Positions 1 to 11,586 of a stretch of 32,039 nucleotides of DNA are shown piece by piece. Numbering within the stretch: position 1 is the stretch's first letter; each line of letters opens with the position of its first letter. Both the position numbers and the translations under genes were made by a program. The DNA is from Chiloscyllium plagiosum (Eukaryota): the NCBI RefSeq assembly GCF_004010195.1, contig NC_057719.1, positions 32,398,259 to 32,430,297 on the forward strand, in the 5' to 3' direction. The notes under the pieces were generated by a model, which saw only the letters and a list, made by a program, of their open reading frames with translations, made no database searches and was not told the origin of the DNA.

Positions 1-458
1 TGGTGGCAGACACGGCAGTAGGGGTGGCGGAAGTCACTGAGCGTGTGGCATCAGCGATGATGTGAGGGCCGGAAGTGGCTGTGGGAGTGGACATGATGGG
101 GGCAGAAGTGACATCACCAATCAGCGTGGGGTGGTAGCTGCATCAGCCACATGGCTCATGGTGTTTCCGAGGCCAGGGGAATCTTCTGGGATGTTTGAGG
201 AGCGCTGGTTATGGAGGTGGGTGGATAAAAGTTTGTTGTACTTACAGTTTTTGATGTTTGAGATGGAATTGAAATACTGTTTGTTGAGAGTATGAATTCT
301 CCTGAGGATGTAGTACAGAGTGGGTCCTTTGCAATTCTGAGAGAGTGTGGCCCTCAGCTGAGGCAGGGCTGACTGTAGAGAAATTAGGTGCCGGCGCATT
401 GCTGCAAGCGTGGAGCGGAGGATCTTGAAGGAGAACTGTTGCTGGTGGTTTTGAATCT
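1..458 (-). mobile_element. Probable Penelope-like element, N-terminal ORF region (5'-truncated, continues off the left window edge)
   Basis: Open minus-strand frame IQNHQQQFSFKILRSTLAAMRRHLISLQSALPQLRATLSQNCKGPTLYYILRRIHTLNKQYFNSISNIKNCKYNKL followed by a low-complexity T/S/A-rich stretch. It resembles the helical N-terminus of fish PLE ORFs. RT and endonuclease motifs are not in the window. Confidence 0.55.
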
Positions 459-519
459 ATTTTAGAAGTGTATCATTAGTAGGACCACATGGAGTCTGGC
501 TTTCTTGTACCCAAGTGGC

Positions 520-1370
520 CCATCACTCAAATCAACTGAATAAAGAACAAATCAAAATGTTGTTGGGTTCACTTACACATGAATCCAAACTTTTACACAT
601 GGCTGTAGATGCCTTTTATGATCTTTTCATCAATATAATTTCCACAAAGTTTAAGTGGAGAAAGACCTTTGGAAGTTATAATTGGAACAGCTTCAGCTAT
701 TCTTTCACAGTGTATTCCACATAATACGAAGTTACTACTTAAAATAATTTCTCCTTCTCTTACCTCCATTAAGACCTGTGCCCTCTTGTTGGCAAACTGT
801 CTGCTACTGGAAACAACTTCATTGGTTGCCCTCTGTGAAAACCTTGCATGAGTTTGAACATATTGACAAAATCTCAGTCTTCTTAGTTCTACGGAGAATA
901 ACTCCAGTTTCCCTAATCTCTCCAGATAAATTAAGTATTTTATCCCTGGTACAGTTCTTGTAAATCTCATTTGTGATCCCTGTGAGGCGTTGACAAACGT
1001 CCCAATATGCAATGCTTAAAATTGGTCACAATCTTTCTCATTGGCATGAATTAATTTGATTTGTACCCTCTGCTTCTATTCACAATTCTCAACTGTCCTG
1101 TTGTCTTCAAAGATTTGCATACATTTATTTGTTCCTGTATCCTCATTAGAATCACATCATTGGAATCCCTCTACTCATTCTTCAGACAAAAGGACTTGCT
1201 TCACTCTTCCTTGTATTAAATTTAATCTCTCATTCGATCGCTAATTTCCCCCAGTTTGGCTGTATTCCTTCTGAAGTAGGTTAAACTTCTCTTCACTGTT
1301 TTCAAAGTTGATTACAATAACTGGACCATTGCAACTTATAATACAAAATGGGCAAACCTTCATATTCAGT
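520..1370 (-). mobile_element. Old, degenerate CR1 LINE 3' fragment
   Basis: ORF 593-1012 contains RFTRTVPGIKYLIYLERLGKLELFSVELRRLR, matching the CR1 ORF2 C-terminal motif (RFTRMIPG..L.Y.ERL..LGL.SLE.RRLR) seen in other copies in this window. Confidence 0.7.
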
Positions 1371-2039
1371 GCCTTGCAGTAACCTGATGGAGCAGTTGGT
1401 CTATATTACAACTCATTCAGTTGCCATTACTTGAAGCTAGGTCAAGGTCGCATCATTTTAAGTGATCAAATGCTAAGTTGAGGAGGAAAGGAAGAATGTT
1501 CCAATTTCAAATCAGATGAGGTTGAAGATGACAGACCTTGATTAAAATTGAATGACTTATTGCTAAGAGGGACAGCTAAAAAAAAGCAACAAAATCTAAG
1601 GCTCTCCCAGATGATGTATTGAGCTGGAGATTTCTATGTGTCGCTCTTGATACTAGATGTTGATGTCTTGATCACAATCAGGCTGCTCAGAGCAAATGAG
1701 ACTGGAACCATGGGAAATCCATCATGTGACTTCATCTCACTACCTCCTCCTGCCATCAGTGAAGTAGCTCTGTAAGATAACATGGTCCTGCGAATATTCA
1801 CCACTCCAGGTTGAGATAAGGCAATACATGGTCCTAGAATATAGAATGACTACATTAGCTGATGCTGCAAGGACTAGGGAATATATATTTATGATTTTGA
1901 GCAAAAAATATAGGCAGGATGTACAGAAGGGACTCTTATGTGGCAAGTGTCCATGTATTTGATTCTGGGTAATCCAAGATGGAGGATGGGAAAAATTTCT
2001 GGCTGTAAGGGCTGCTTCTCTTTTTGAGGTATTTTAGAT

Positions 2040-3580
2040 GCTGGAGGTGATTTCCTCGAATTCCAGGAGCAGCAATTACTGTTTGTTTTATATGCTGTTG
2101 CATTGTTTTGGAACTTTGGAAAAAAAAATCAAAACAACAGCAGTTTAAATGGGAGAAGAGCAGACAAAGGAAGCACATGGTGAGGTCAGTGCAGGAGAGA
2201 GAGAGAGAGAACCTGCACAGTTGCTACCTTTGCTGTTTGAATTCGTGTATCACTGGACATCGGAGTGCATCTGGGAAAATTAACAAACAGTGAAATTCAC
2301 AACTAATCTTGGAGGAACTGTTGGGCAAAGCTCACAGCACAGAATCAGATAAGTTAATTGTTGTTTTAACTCTGTCCAAGAGACAGGCTGCAGTAGTGAG
2401 TATAGTGGATTCTTTCTTGATTATATATTTTTTGGAGATAGGTCTCTTGATTAAACTTAAAATATAAGCCATAGCTATTAATTTAACCTGGGGCAGTGTT
2501 ATTTTCTGGGTCTGTAGATTGTGAAGGAGCAAAAATGGCCTTTGCAGTGATATGTACTTCTTGTCAGATGTGGGAGTTTAAAGAGAGTTTAAGGGTTACT
2601 GCGGATTATATCTGCCATAANNNNNNNNNNNNNNNNNNNNNNNNNNNNNNNNNNNNNNNNNNNNNNNNNNNNNNNNNNNNNNNNNNNNNNNNNNNNNNNN
2701 NNNNNNNNNNNNNNNNNNNNNNNNNNNNNNNNNNNNNNNNNNNNNNNNNNNNNNNNNNNNNNNNNNNNNNNNNNNNNNNNNNNNNNNNNNNNNNNNNNNN
2801 NNNNNNNNNNNNNNNNNNNNNNNNNNNNNNNNNNNNNNNNNNNNNNNNNNNNNNNNNNNNNNNNNNNNNNNNNNNNNNNNNNNNNNNNNNNNNNNNNNNN
2901 NNNNNNNNNNNNNNNNNNNNNNNNNNNNNNNNNNNNNNNNNNNNNNNNNNNNNNNNNNNNNNNNNNNNNNNNNNNNNNNNNNNNNNNNNNNNNNNNNNNN
3001 NNNNNNNNNNNNNNNNNNNNNNNNNNNNNNNNNNNNNNNNNNNNNNNNNNNNNNNNNNNNNNNNNNNNNNNNNNNNNNNNNNNNNNNNNNNNNNNNNNNN
3101 NNNNNNNNNNNNNNNNNNNNNNNNNNNNNNNNNNNNNNNNNNNNNNNNNNNNNNNNNNNNNNNNNNNNNNNNNNNNNNNNNNNNNNNNNNNNNNNNNNNN
3201 NNNNNNNNNNNNNNNNNNNNNNNNNNNNNNNNNNNNNNNNNNNNNNNNNNNNNNNNNNNNNNNNNNNNNNNNNNNNNNNNNNNNNNNNNNNNNNNNNNNN
3301 NNNNNNNNNNNNNNNNNNNNNNNNNNNNNNNNNNNNNNNTGAGGAAAGAGATCAATCTGAGACTGGTACAGTTGAGAAAAGAAGCGAGTAAAACAGTCAG
3401 GGCAGGCAGGGACAAAGCAGAGAACAAGATTGGACTAATAAATTAAACTGCATTTATTTCAATGCAAGAGGCCTAACAGGGAAGGCAGATGAACTCAGGG
3501 CATGGTTAGGAACATGGGACTGAGATATCATAGCAATTACAGAAACATGGCTCAAGGATGGGCAGGACTGGCAGCTTAAT
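2040..3580 (+). mobile_element. CR1 LINE 5' portion (5'UTR, ORF1 zinc finger, gap, start of ORF2 APE endonuclease), 3'-truncated
   Basis: MAFAVICTSCQMWE...DYICH at 2536-2620 is a CR1 ORF1 zinc finger. After the gap, LNCIYFNARGLTGKADELRAWLGTWD*DIIAITETWL (about 3443-3580) gives APE motifs I/II. Confidence 0.85.
2621..3339. other. Assembly gap (N run)
   Basis: 719 consecutive N. Confidence 1.
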
Positions 3581-4309
3581 ACTTGCTCCTCTCTTGCGCC
3601 AGTAGGAAACAGCCCCTAATAAGGCGGAAAGAGTCAAATGGGTGGTGGGCTGTCTGTCATTCAACTTCTCTGAAGAAGTCTCTGACTGCCATGAGCAGGT
3701 CTTGAACTGGTAATGGAAGCTGCCCTTGAATTTGTGTGCTGGGAACTCCTGAACAAATGCCTTGACTTGACTGAGATCTCCTGACAACCATGATCGACTA
3801 TCTCCTTTTGTGACTTCACTAAACAGCTATCCCTTGGCATCCCAGCATGCTGCCACAATATGAGGAGATTTGTGGATGTATGGTTTCACTCTATGAGGTC
3901 ATAAAATGTTCTGACTTATCCCTAGACAAGCCTGTGTGACATCATCAGATTGGCTGAAGTATAATGCAATCTCCAACATTAACCTTTTCAAAACATTTAA
4001 CATATTCAACAAGGCACTTTGAGGTTTCTGACCTGTGACTTTGACACCTGCAGAGAAAAACTGGTTAAGAATTCATGACAGACCAATTAGTTTGGAAATT
4101 GGTGGGTAAGTGACCCAGCTGCCTCGGAAAGACTGTAAAGGGAGATGAATCCTTCTGTGTTTTAAAGCAGACTTAAACAGAAAGCACTGCATCATTTTTT
4201 TTTATTTACAGGGCCTGATCATAGCATGTTGATTATTTTTGTTGAGTTAGAAAAGATTGTCACCAGTTTTATCTGATTAGTTGACAAGGAAATCTTAACA
4301 ACATGGAAG

Positions 4310-4435
4310 GACAGTTTTGTGGACAAAATGACAAGTGGTGAACCTTGTTTGATTGATTATATCACCTTTTAATAATCAATGTTGTTATTTGCTGAAGATA
4401 TTAAAGTGGAGCAAGACCAGAAAGACATGAAATCA
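4310..4435 (+). mobile_element. Possible ancient CR1 RT remnant
   Basis: LLFAEDIKV...QKD resembles the CR1 FADDTKL...LQ.DLD motif, but is very diverged. Confidence 0.3.
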
Positions 4436-5204
4436 ATAAATAATTCTTTTCACAACACAATATTTATTATTGGAATGTTTTATGCATATTGGAAATGTTT
4501 CCAAGTATTCCCACCAGTCTACGGAGCTTCAATCAATCTCTTTGTTATTCTCATTCTTTGTTATACTTTCTCATACTTAATCCATAATGGCTTTGCTTTT
4601 CTAACTTGTTTACAAACTTATTTTTTCCTTTAGTTCTTTCCTCCAAATAATTTAAGAGGGGCATTCAGTGGCACACAAAAGAATTCTCATGGGTGTCTGT
4701 TTAATGTGCTATTTCAATTTTGGGGTATGATTGGCAGAGAAAATGAGAAATGACATAAGCCACAGTTTGGAGGCATTACAGTGTTTCTTTGAATTTTGGA
4801 AAGGAGAATAATTCTGTTGAAATATAGCAGACAATCTGGAGAACTCCTGTAGGAATTCAAGCCCATCCCCATCTCTTTTAATTATATGATTTTTTAAAAT
4901 CGATTCTTGAGGTACCAAATCCATCACATTCTGCATAACTAGAAAAGAAAACTGATGCTGAGCCACTGTCTCAATCCATTCTGCAAACTATGGTGTTTCA
5001 GGAAATCAAAAGTCAAATTGACATGATCATCAAAACAAAAATTCGTTTCAACTCTTCTCCTGAACAAAAATTAGAAATTAATTCTTTGCAAAAGATTCAT
5101 TGCTAATGATATATAAGTATTAACTTAGTTTCTACCAATATACAGAAACAATGGAACTCAGGAAATGCAGTTAGACATGTCTTTCAGTATTGAATGTGTC
5201 AAGG

Positions 5205-5660
5205 TGATTACATCCACCAATGTCATTTATTGTATCCATTGCTCCCGATGTGGTCTCCTCTACACTGGGGAGACTGGACGCCTCCTAGCAGAGCGCTTTA
5301 GAGAACATCTCTGGGACACCTGCACCAATCAACCCCACTGCCCTGTGGCCCAACATTTCAAACCCCCCTCCCACTCTGCCGAGGACATGGAGGTTCTGGG
5401 CCTCCTCCTTCACCACTCTCTCACCACCCAATGCCTGGAGGAAGAACACCTCATCTTCCGCCTCGGAACACTTCAACCCCAGGGCATCAATGTGAATTTA
5501 TCTGTCCATCCCTGAGGCTCCCTGCCTCATTCCTGATGAAGGGCTTTTGCCCGAAACGTCGATTTTCCTGCTTCTCGGATGCTGTCTAACCTGCTGTGCT
5601 TTTCCAGCACCACTCTAATCTAGACTCTGATCTCCAGCATCAGCAGTCCTCACTTTTGCC
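5205..5660 (+). mobile_element. Penelope-like element 3' end (GIY-YIG endonuclease fragment plus terminal repeat), family A
   Basis: TSTNVIYCIHCSRCGLLYTGETGRLLAERFREH...VAQHF...EEHLIFRLGTLQPQGIN is a PLE GIY-YIG domain. It is followed by the terminal sequence CCTGATGAAGGGC...TCCTCACTTTTGCC shared with short copies elsewhere in the window. Confidence 0.92.
5530..5563 (+). ncRNA. Minimal type I hammerhead ribozyme motif (family A, intact core)
   Basis: CTGATGA (5533-5539), A, stem II GGGC-TTTT-GCCC, GAAA, CG, TC. Predicted cleavage after GUC at 5560. It sits in a PLE terminal repeat, as expected for such motifs. Confidence 0.8.
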
Positions 5661-5963
5661 TGCCTGATTGCATTACGTAGACATATGAACATACGGACCA
5701 ACATCCACGTTGTGCCACAAGTTTTCAATGGATAGATGATCTACTCTGTCACTCTACACATGTAGTGTCTCCCACCCGCCCTCCTCCTCTAACCAAAACA
5801 AAAGGACTCTCATTGCTCAGGTAAGGCATTTCAATTGATATTTCTTGTGAAACATGTGATTAATTAAAAGTTTACTGTCAGTAGGTTAGTTGAAGAAGAC
5901 CATAGAGAAGTACTAGAAATTATTTAACTCATAAATTTGTATAAATTAATTAAATCAGTAGAG

Positions 5964-6920
5964 ATGGCTGGACAGTTGTTGAGCTGTAGCTGTGTGATGT
6001 GGGAGCTGGCTGATCCCATTGTGAACGGCAGTGACCACATCTGAAGCAATTGTTGGTTGCTGGAAGAACTCCAGGTCAGAGTTGATGATCTGGAATCTGA
6101 GCTTCAAACACTGCGGCACACTGGCAGGGGGAGAGTTACCTGGACGCTTTGTTTCAGGAGGCAGTCACACCTGGTTGATTAAATAATTCAAATTCACTTA
6201 GTGATCAGAGACAACAGGGTGTGATTGTAACTGAGGCAGGTAGGGGGGTTCTGAGTTCAGGAGTAGAGGAGCCTCAGCCTTTGACCTTGTCCAACAGGTA
6301 TGAGATTCTTGCTTCCTGTGTGGATGAGGAAAAGGGCTGTGGACAGGATGAGCCAGCTGACCACGGCACCATGGTACAGAAGGCCATTCAAGAGTGGGGA
6401 GCAAAAAGACAAGTAGTTGTTATGGGGATTCTATAATTAGGGGGACAGATAGTATCCTTTGCGAGCCGGATCAGGAATCCCGCATGATGTTATGCCTACC
6501 CAGAACCAGGGTGCAGGACATCTCCAATTGGCTTGAAAGGATATTGGAGTGGGAGGGAGAAGATCCAGTTGTTGTGGTCCACATTGGCACGAACAACATA
6601 GGCAAGGCTAGGAAGGAGGACCTGTTTGGGGATTTTCAAGCATGAGGAAGGAAATTGAAGAACAGGTCCTCAAGGGTCATAATCTCTGGATTACTGCCCA
6701 AGCCACGTGCTCATTGGCATAGGGATAAGAAAATTAGGGAAGTAAACACATGGCTAAGAACTTGGTGTGGAAAAGAGGGATTCTATTTCATGGGACATTG
6801 GCTTCAGTTTTGGAACCGGGGTATCTGGACCGATGGGACGGTCTCCACCTGAACTGATCTGGAACCAGTGCTTTGGTGAAAATTTTGGCGAAATAGGGTT
6901 TTCATTAGGACTTTAAACTT
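5964..6920 (+). pseudogene. CR1 ORF1 pseudogene: zinc finger, coiled coil and SGNH/GDSL esterase domain
   Basis: MAGQLLSCSCVMWE...DHI*SNC (zinc finger), LEELQVRVDDLESELQTL (coiled coil), GDSIIRG and VVVVHIGTNNIG (SGNH blocks), and DGLHLN-like sequence at about 6838-6855. Frameshifted. Confidence 0.85.
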
Positions 6921-7094
6921 GCGAGTTGGGGGGAAGGGAAAGGGAAAGTAACAGGGAGTATGGAATCAAGTAGAAAGATAATCAGCAGATTAGCATATGT
7001 GCAGGGTTTAAATTCAAGGTAGGCTAGGAATGAAGCAAAAAGGGAGGATAACTTAGGACATATCACTTGAGATGTTGGAAATCATGAGGATAAG

Positions 7095-9640
7095 AAAATT
7101 AGCATTAAGGCACTTTATCTGACTGCTCGTAGCATTCATCACAAAGTAGATGAATTAACGGCACAAATACTTATGAATGATTATGATGTGGTAAGCATCA
7201 CAGAGATGTGGTTGCAGGGGGTTCAGGACTGGCAGTTAAACATCCAAGGATTTACAACTTATTGAAAAGACAGGGAGGTAGACAGAGGGAGCGGGGTTGC
7301 CCTGTTAGTTGGGAATGAAATTAAATCTATGGCACTGAATGACATAGGATCAGATGATGTGGAGTCTATGTGGGTGGAACTGAGGAACCACAAAGGCAAA
7401 ATAACCATAATGTACAGTGGTAGAGTTCAGTCTGCAGTTTGAAAGAGAGAAGGCAAAATCAGATGTAATGGTGTTACAGTTAAATAAAGGTAATCACAGG
7501 GGCATGAGAGAGGAACTGACAAAAATCAACTGGAAGCAAAGCCTAGTGGGGAAGACAGTAGAGCAACAACGGCAGGAGTTTCTGGCTGAAATTGAGGACA
7601 CAATACAGAGGTTCATCCCAAAGAAAGGAAAGATTATTGGAGGGTGGGGGCATTAGACAGTCATGGCTGACAAAGGAAGTCAGAAAATGTATCAAAGTAA
7701 AAGAGAGAGCTTATAAAGTGGCCAAGAGCACTGGGGAATCAGAAGATTGGGAAGGATACAAAAACAAACAGAGGACAACAAAGAGAGAAATGAGGAAGGC
7801 TAGCCAGTAATACTAGAAATGATAATAAAAGTTTCTTTGAATACATAAGAAACAAACGAGAGGCAACAGTAAGACATTGGGCCGCTCCAAATTGATGCTG
7901 AAAGGCTAGTGATGGAAGATAAGGAAATAGCTAAAGAATTTAACGAGTACTTTGCGTCAGTCTTCACAGTGGAAGAAATGAGTAATATCCCAATAATTAA
8001 GGAGAGTCAGGATGCATAGCTGAGTATGTAGCCATTACAAAAGAGAAAGTGCTAGAAAAGCTAATAGGTCTAAAAATTAATAAATCTCCTGGCACCAACA
8101 GGCTACATCCTAGAGTTCTGAGGGAGGTGGCTGAGGAAATACCAGAGGCATTGACTGTGACCTTTAAAAAATCACTGGAGTCAGGGAAAGTCCCAGATGA
8201 TTGGAAAATCACTATTATAACCCTCTTGTTTAAGAAAGGATCAAGACAAAAGATGGAAAATTATCGGCCAATTAGCCTAATCTCGGTTGTTGGTAAGATT
8301 CTAGAATCCATTGTTAAGGATGAGATTTCTAAATTCTTGGAAGTGCAGGGTCGGATTATAACAAGTCAGCATAGATTTAGTAAGGGGATATCATTCCTGA
8401 CAAACCTGTTAGAATTCTTTGAAGAGGTAACAAGTGGGTTAGACCAGGGAAACCCAGTGGATGTTATCTATCTTGACTTCTAAAAGGTCTTTGATAAGGT
8501 GACTGCTGAGTAAGGTGAGGGTGCATGGTGTTTGAGGTGAACTACTGGCATGGATTGAGGATTGGCTGTCTGACGGAAGCTGAAAATATGTTGCTGGAAA
8601 AGCGCAGGAAGGGCTTATGCCCGAAACGTCGATTCTCCTGTTCCCTGGATGCTGCCTGACCTGCTGCGCTTTTCCAGCAACATATTTTCAGCTCTGATCT
8701 CCAGCATCTGCAGACCTCACTTTCTCCTGTCTGACGGAAGGCAGAGCGTTGGGATAAAAGGTTCTTTTTTGGAATGGCAGCCGGTGACAAGTGGTGTCCT
8801 GCATTGTTCAGTGTTGGGGCTGCAGCTGTTCACGTTATATATTAATGATCTGGATGATGGGACTGGGACATTCTGGTGAAGTTCGCCGATGATACAAAGT
8901 TAGGTGGACAGGCGGGTACTACTCTGGGGAGGCTGCAGAAAGATTTAGACAGTTTAGGAGAGTTGCCTAGGAAATGGCTGATGAAATTTAATGTGAGCAA
9001 ATGCGAGATCTTGCACTTTGGAAAAAAGAATACAGGCAAGGACTATTTTCTAAACAGTGAGAAAATCCATAAAGCCAAAGTAAAAAGGGATCTGAGAGTG
9101 CTAGCCTAGGATTCTCTAAAGGTTAACTTGAAGGTTGAGTCCGTGATTAAGAAAGTGAATGTAATGTTGCCATTTATCTCAAGAGGGTTGGAATATAAAA
9201 GCAATGATGTGCTTCTGAGACTTCATAAAGCTCTAGTTAGGCCCCATTTAGAATACTGTGTCTAATTTTGGGCCCCACACCTCAGGAAGGACATTTTGGC
9301 ACTGGAGCATGTCCAGCGGAGATTGACACGAATGATCCCTGGAATGGTGGGCCTAACATGCAATGAAAGACTGAGGATCCTGGGATTGTATTCGTTAGAG
9401 TTTAGAAGGTTGAGGGGAGATCTAATAGAAACTTACAAGATAATGCATGGTTTAGAAAGGGTGGCCACTGGGAAGTTGTTTCTGTTAGGCTTGGACTCGT
9501 GGACACAGCCTTAAAATTAGAGGGGGTCAATTTAGAATGGAAATGAGGAGACAATTCTTCAGCCAGAGAGTGGTGGGCGTGTGGAATTCACTACCATGGA
9601 GCGCAGTGGAGGTCGGTATGTTAAATGTCTTCAAGGCAGA
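7095..9640 (+). pseudogene. CR1 ORF2 pseudogene (APE endonuclease with internal deletion near 7415, reverse transcriptase)
   Basis: ORF fragments 7417-7656, 8049-8483, 8876-9109 and 9296-9514 are colinear with CR1 ORF2. The APE GDFN and SDH motifs are missing. Confidence 0.88.
8580..8726 (+). mobile_element. Short PLE-terminus insertion (family A) with inverted 5' arm, inside the CR1 RT
   Basis: 14-bp TSD CTGTCTGACGGAAG at 8566-8579 and 8727-8740. The 5' arm GCTGAAAATATGTTGCTGGAAAAGCGCAG is the reverse complement of an internal segment. HHR stem II, GAAA and CGTC are present but the CUGA core is lost at the inversion junction. Confidence 0.9.
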
Positions 9641-9691
9641 GTCATAGAGCCATAGAGTCATAGAGATATATAGCATGGAAACAGACCCTTC
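9641..9691 (-). mobile_element. Very short CR1/HER1-type 3' tail insertion
   Basis: Reverse complement reads GAAGGGTCTGTTTCCATGCTATATATCTCTATGACTCTATGG..., the same tail as the CR1 copies ending at 11587 and 20055. Confidence 0.75.
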
Positions 9692-9923
9692 AATCTCGCA
9701 AGGAATTAAGGGCTAAGTGGAGTTGAAACGCCCATCAGCCATAATTAAATGGCGAAGTGGACTTCTTCTTATGGTCACTTCTATGTCTTACTTTCACTTC
9801 TATGTCTTATGGTCTGATGGTCGAGGAGTTAAGGTAAGAATTTAGCCCCTTTGCATCCAGAGAGAAATGAATTCATGCAAGGAATCATAAATGTTTATTA
9901 CATTCCTTGTTCCAGTCCTATGT

Positions 9924-10004
9924 GAGCTGAAAATGTGTTGCTGGAAAAGCGCAGCAGGTCAGGCAGCATCCAAGGAACAGGAGAATCGATGTTTTGGGCA
10001 TAAG
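9924..10004 (-). mobile_element. Short PLE-terminus insertion (family A) inside the family C PLE
   Basis: 12-bp TSD CCAGTCCTATGT at 9912-9923 and 10005-10016. The sequence matches the family A terminus from HHR stem II to TTTTCAGCTC. Confidence 0.88.
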
Positions 10005-11287
10005 CCAGTCCTATGTAGCCACCCCCCAACAACTACTTCTGCAGTACATCGATGACATCATTGGTGCCGCTTTCCTCTCTTGTTCAGAACTGCAAAAATT
10101 CAGCAATTTTGCTTTCAATTTCCACCCTGTTCTTACCTTCATCTGGTCCATCTTTGACTCCTTCTTTTCCTTCTTTGACTTCACAGTTTCCATCTCTAGG
10201 GCTAAACTGGCCACCGATACACACTATAAACCCAGTGACTCCCACAGTTACCTGGACTATACATCCTCACACTCTGCTTCCTGCATCCCATTCTCCCAGT
10301 TCCTCCATCTCCATCACATGTACTCTGAAGATGGCACTGTCCCAAGGGAAGGATGTGGAGGCTCAGAGATGCCCACCTTGCTTCTCAACTGAGGATTCCT
10401 CAACACTGTGTTTGACAGGGCCCTTAGTTATGTTTTGTTCATTTCCTGCAGTCTGCCCTCACCCGTTCTTTTCCCTCCCACAACAATGATAGAGTCGCCT
10501 GGTCCTCACTTGCCAACCCACTAGCCTGTACATTTAAAAAATCATAAGCCGCCACTTCTGCCACCTCCAGCATGATGTCACCAACAGACACAGATTCCCC
10601 TCACCCTCCTTGTCAACCTTCTGCAAAAAACGTTCCTCTGGGACACCCTGGTCCATTCCTCCTCCATTCCCAATATCTCCCCACACTCCCATAACACCTT
10701 CCTATACAATTGCAGAAGGTGCAATACTTGGCTGTTTATCTCCTCTCTCTTCACTGTTCAAGGCCCCAGACACACCTTCCAGGTGAAGAATTACTTGTAT
10801 TTCATTCATTCTAGTCTACTGTATTCACTGTTCACAATGTGGCTTCCTCTACACTGGGGAGACAAAATGTAGACTGGGTGACCACTTTGAAGAATACCTA
10901 CATTCTGTCTGAAAAAAATGAACCAGAGGTTCCAATTGCCTGACATTTCAACACAACACCATGTTCCCACACTAACATTTCTATCACAAGCCTCCTGCAG
11001 CTTTCCAGTGAGCCTCAGCACAAGCTCAAAGAACAGCAACTAATTTTCCACTTGGGGGACCCTGAAGCCTTGAGGACTCAGCATCGAGTTCAATAACTTT
11101 AGAGGCTAAGTCTGTCCTCCCATTTGTTTTAACCCATCCCCATAACCTGGTCCTATCATATTATGGGCTGCTTTCAGCACAGCTTAGCCATTCTCTCCTA
11201 CTCTCAGCTCTCATTATCATGTATTCAGCTTCTCGTCTGTCCTGGCTTACCATCAATAATCTCATCAATTGCTTACCTTTGTCATTA

Positions 11288-11460
11288 CTTTTTATTCATT
11301 CACAGGATTAGGGCGACAGCATTTATTGCCCATCCTTAATTGCCCACAGAGCAGTTAAGAGTCAACCCTTTGCTCAGGGTCAGGAGTCACAGGTTGGTCA
11401 GAACAGATAAGGATGGCACATTCCTTCCTTAAAGGACATTACTAAACCAGATAGTTTTTC
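11288..11460 (-). mobile_element. Degenerate SINE/LINE-tail fragment (GGGCAATAAATGCTG-type tail)
   Basis: CAGCATTTATTGCCCATCC...AAGAGTCAACC...AAAGGACATTA is a common elasmobranch repeat tail. It is similar to the tail at 22870-22900. Confidence 0.65.
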
Positions 11461-11586
11461 ATCTCTGTCTCCCTCTCTCTGTGCTCCGTCTCCAGCCATC
11501 CACATACCTCTCACCCTCCTCCTCCTCCTCCTCCCCCAACTTCAAACCACATCTTCAGCATAACTACCACATTTTCTAGCTGCCAT

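Larger units (their letters stand above)
5700..9822 (+). mobile_element. Near full-length CR1 LINE, inactivated
   Basis: ORF1 starts at ATG 5964. ORF2 shows APE (about 7100-7410) and RT motifs (NYRPISL, VDVIYLDF, YINDLD, KFADDTKL), then the C-terminal ERLRILGLYSLEFRRLRGDLIE and a short tandem tail (atgtcttatggtctgatggtc). There are many stops and frameshifts. The 5' boundary is approximate. Confidence 0.93.

Noticed and set aside
2496..3446. 316-aa and 273-aa ORFs
   Set aside because: They are artefacts of reading through an N gap, and the real flanks are CR1.
4050..4215. Candidate exon KNWLRIHDRPISLEIG with GTAAGT donor, and a nearby T-rich acceptor
   Set aside because: It resembles the CR1 RPISL..VVGK motif, no coherent reading frame continues, and support is insufficient.
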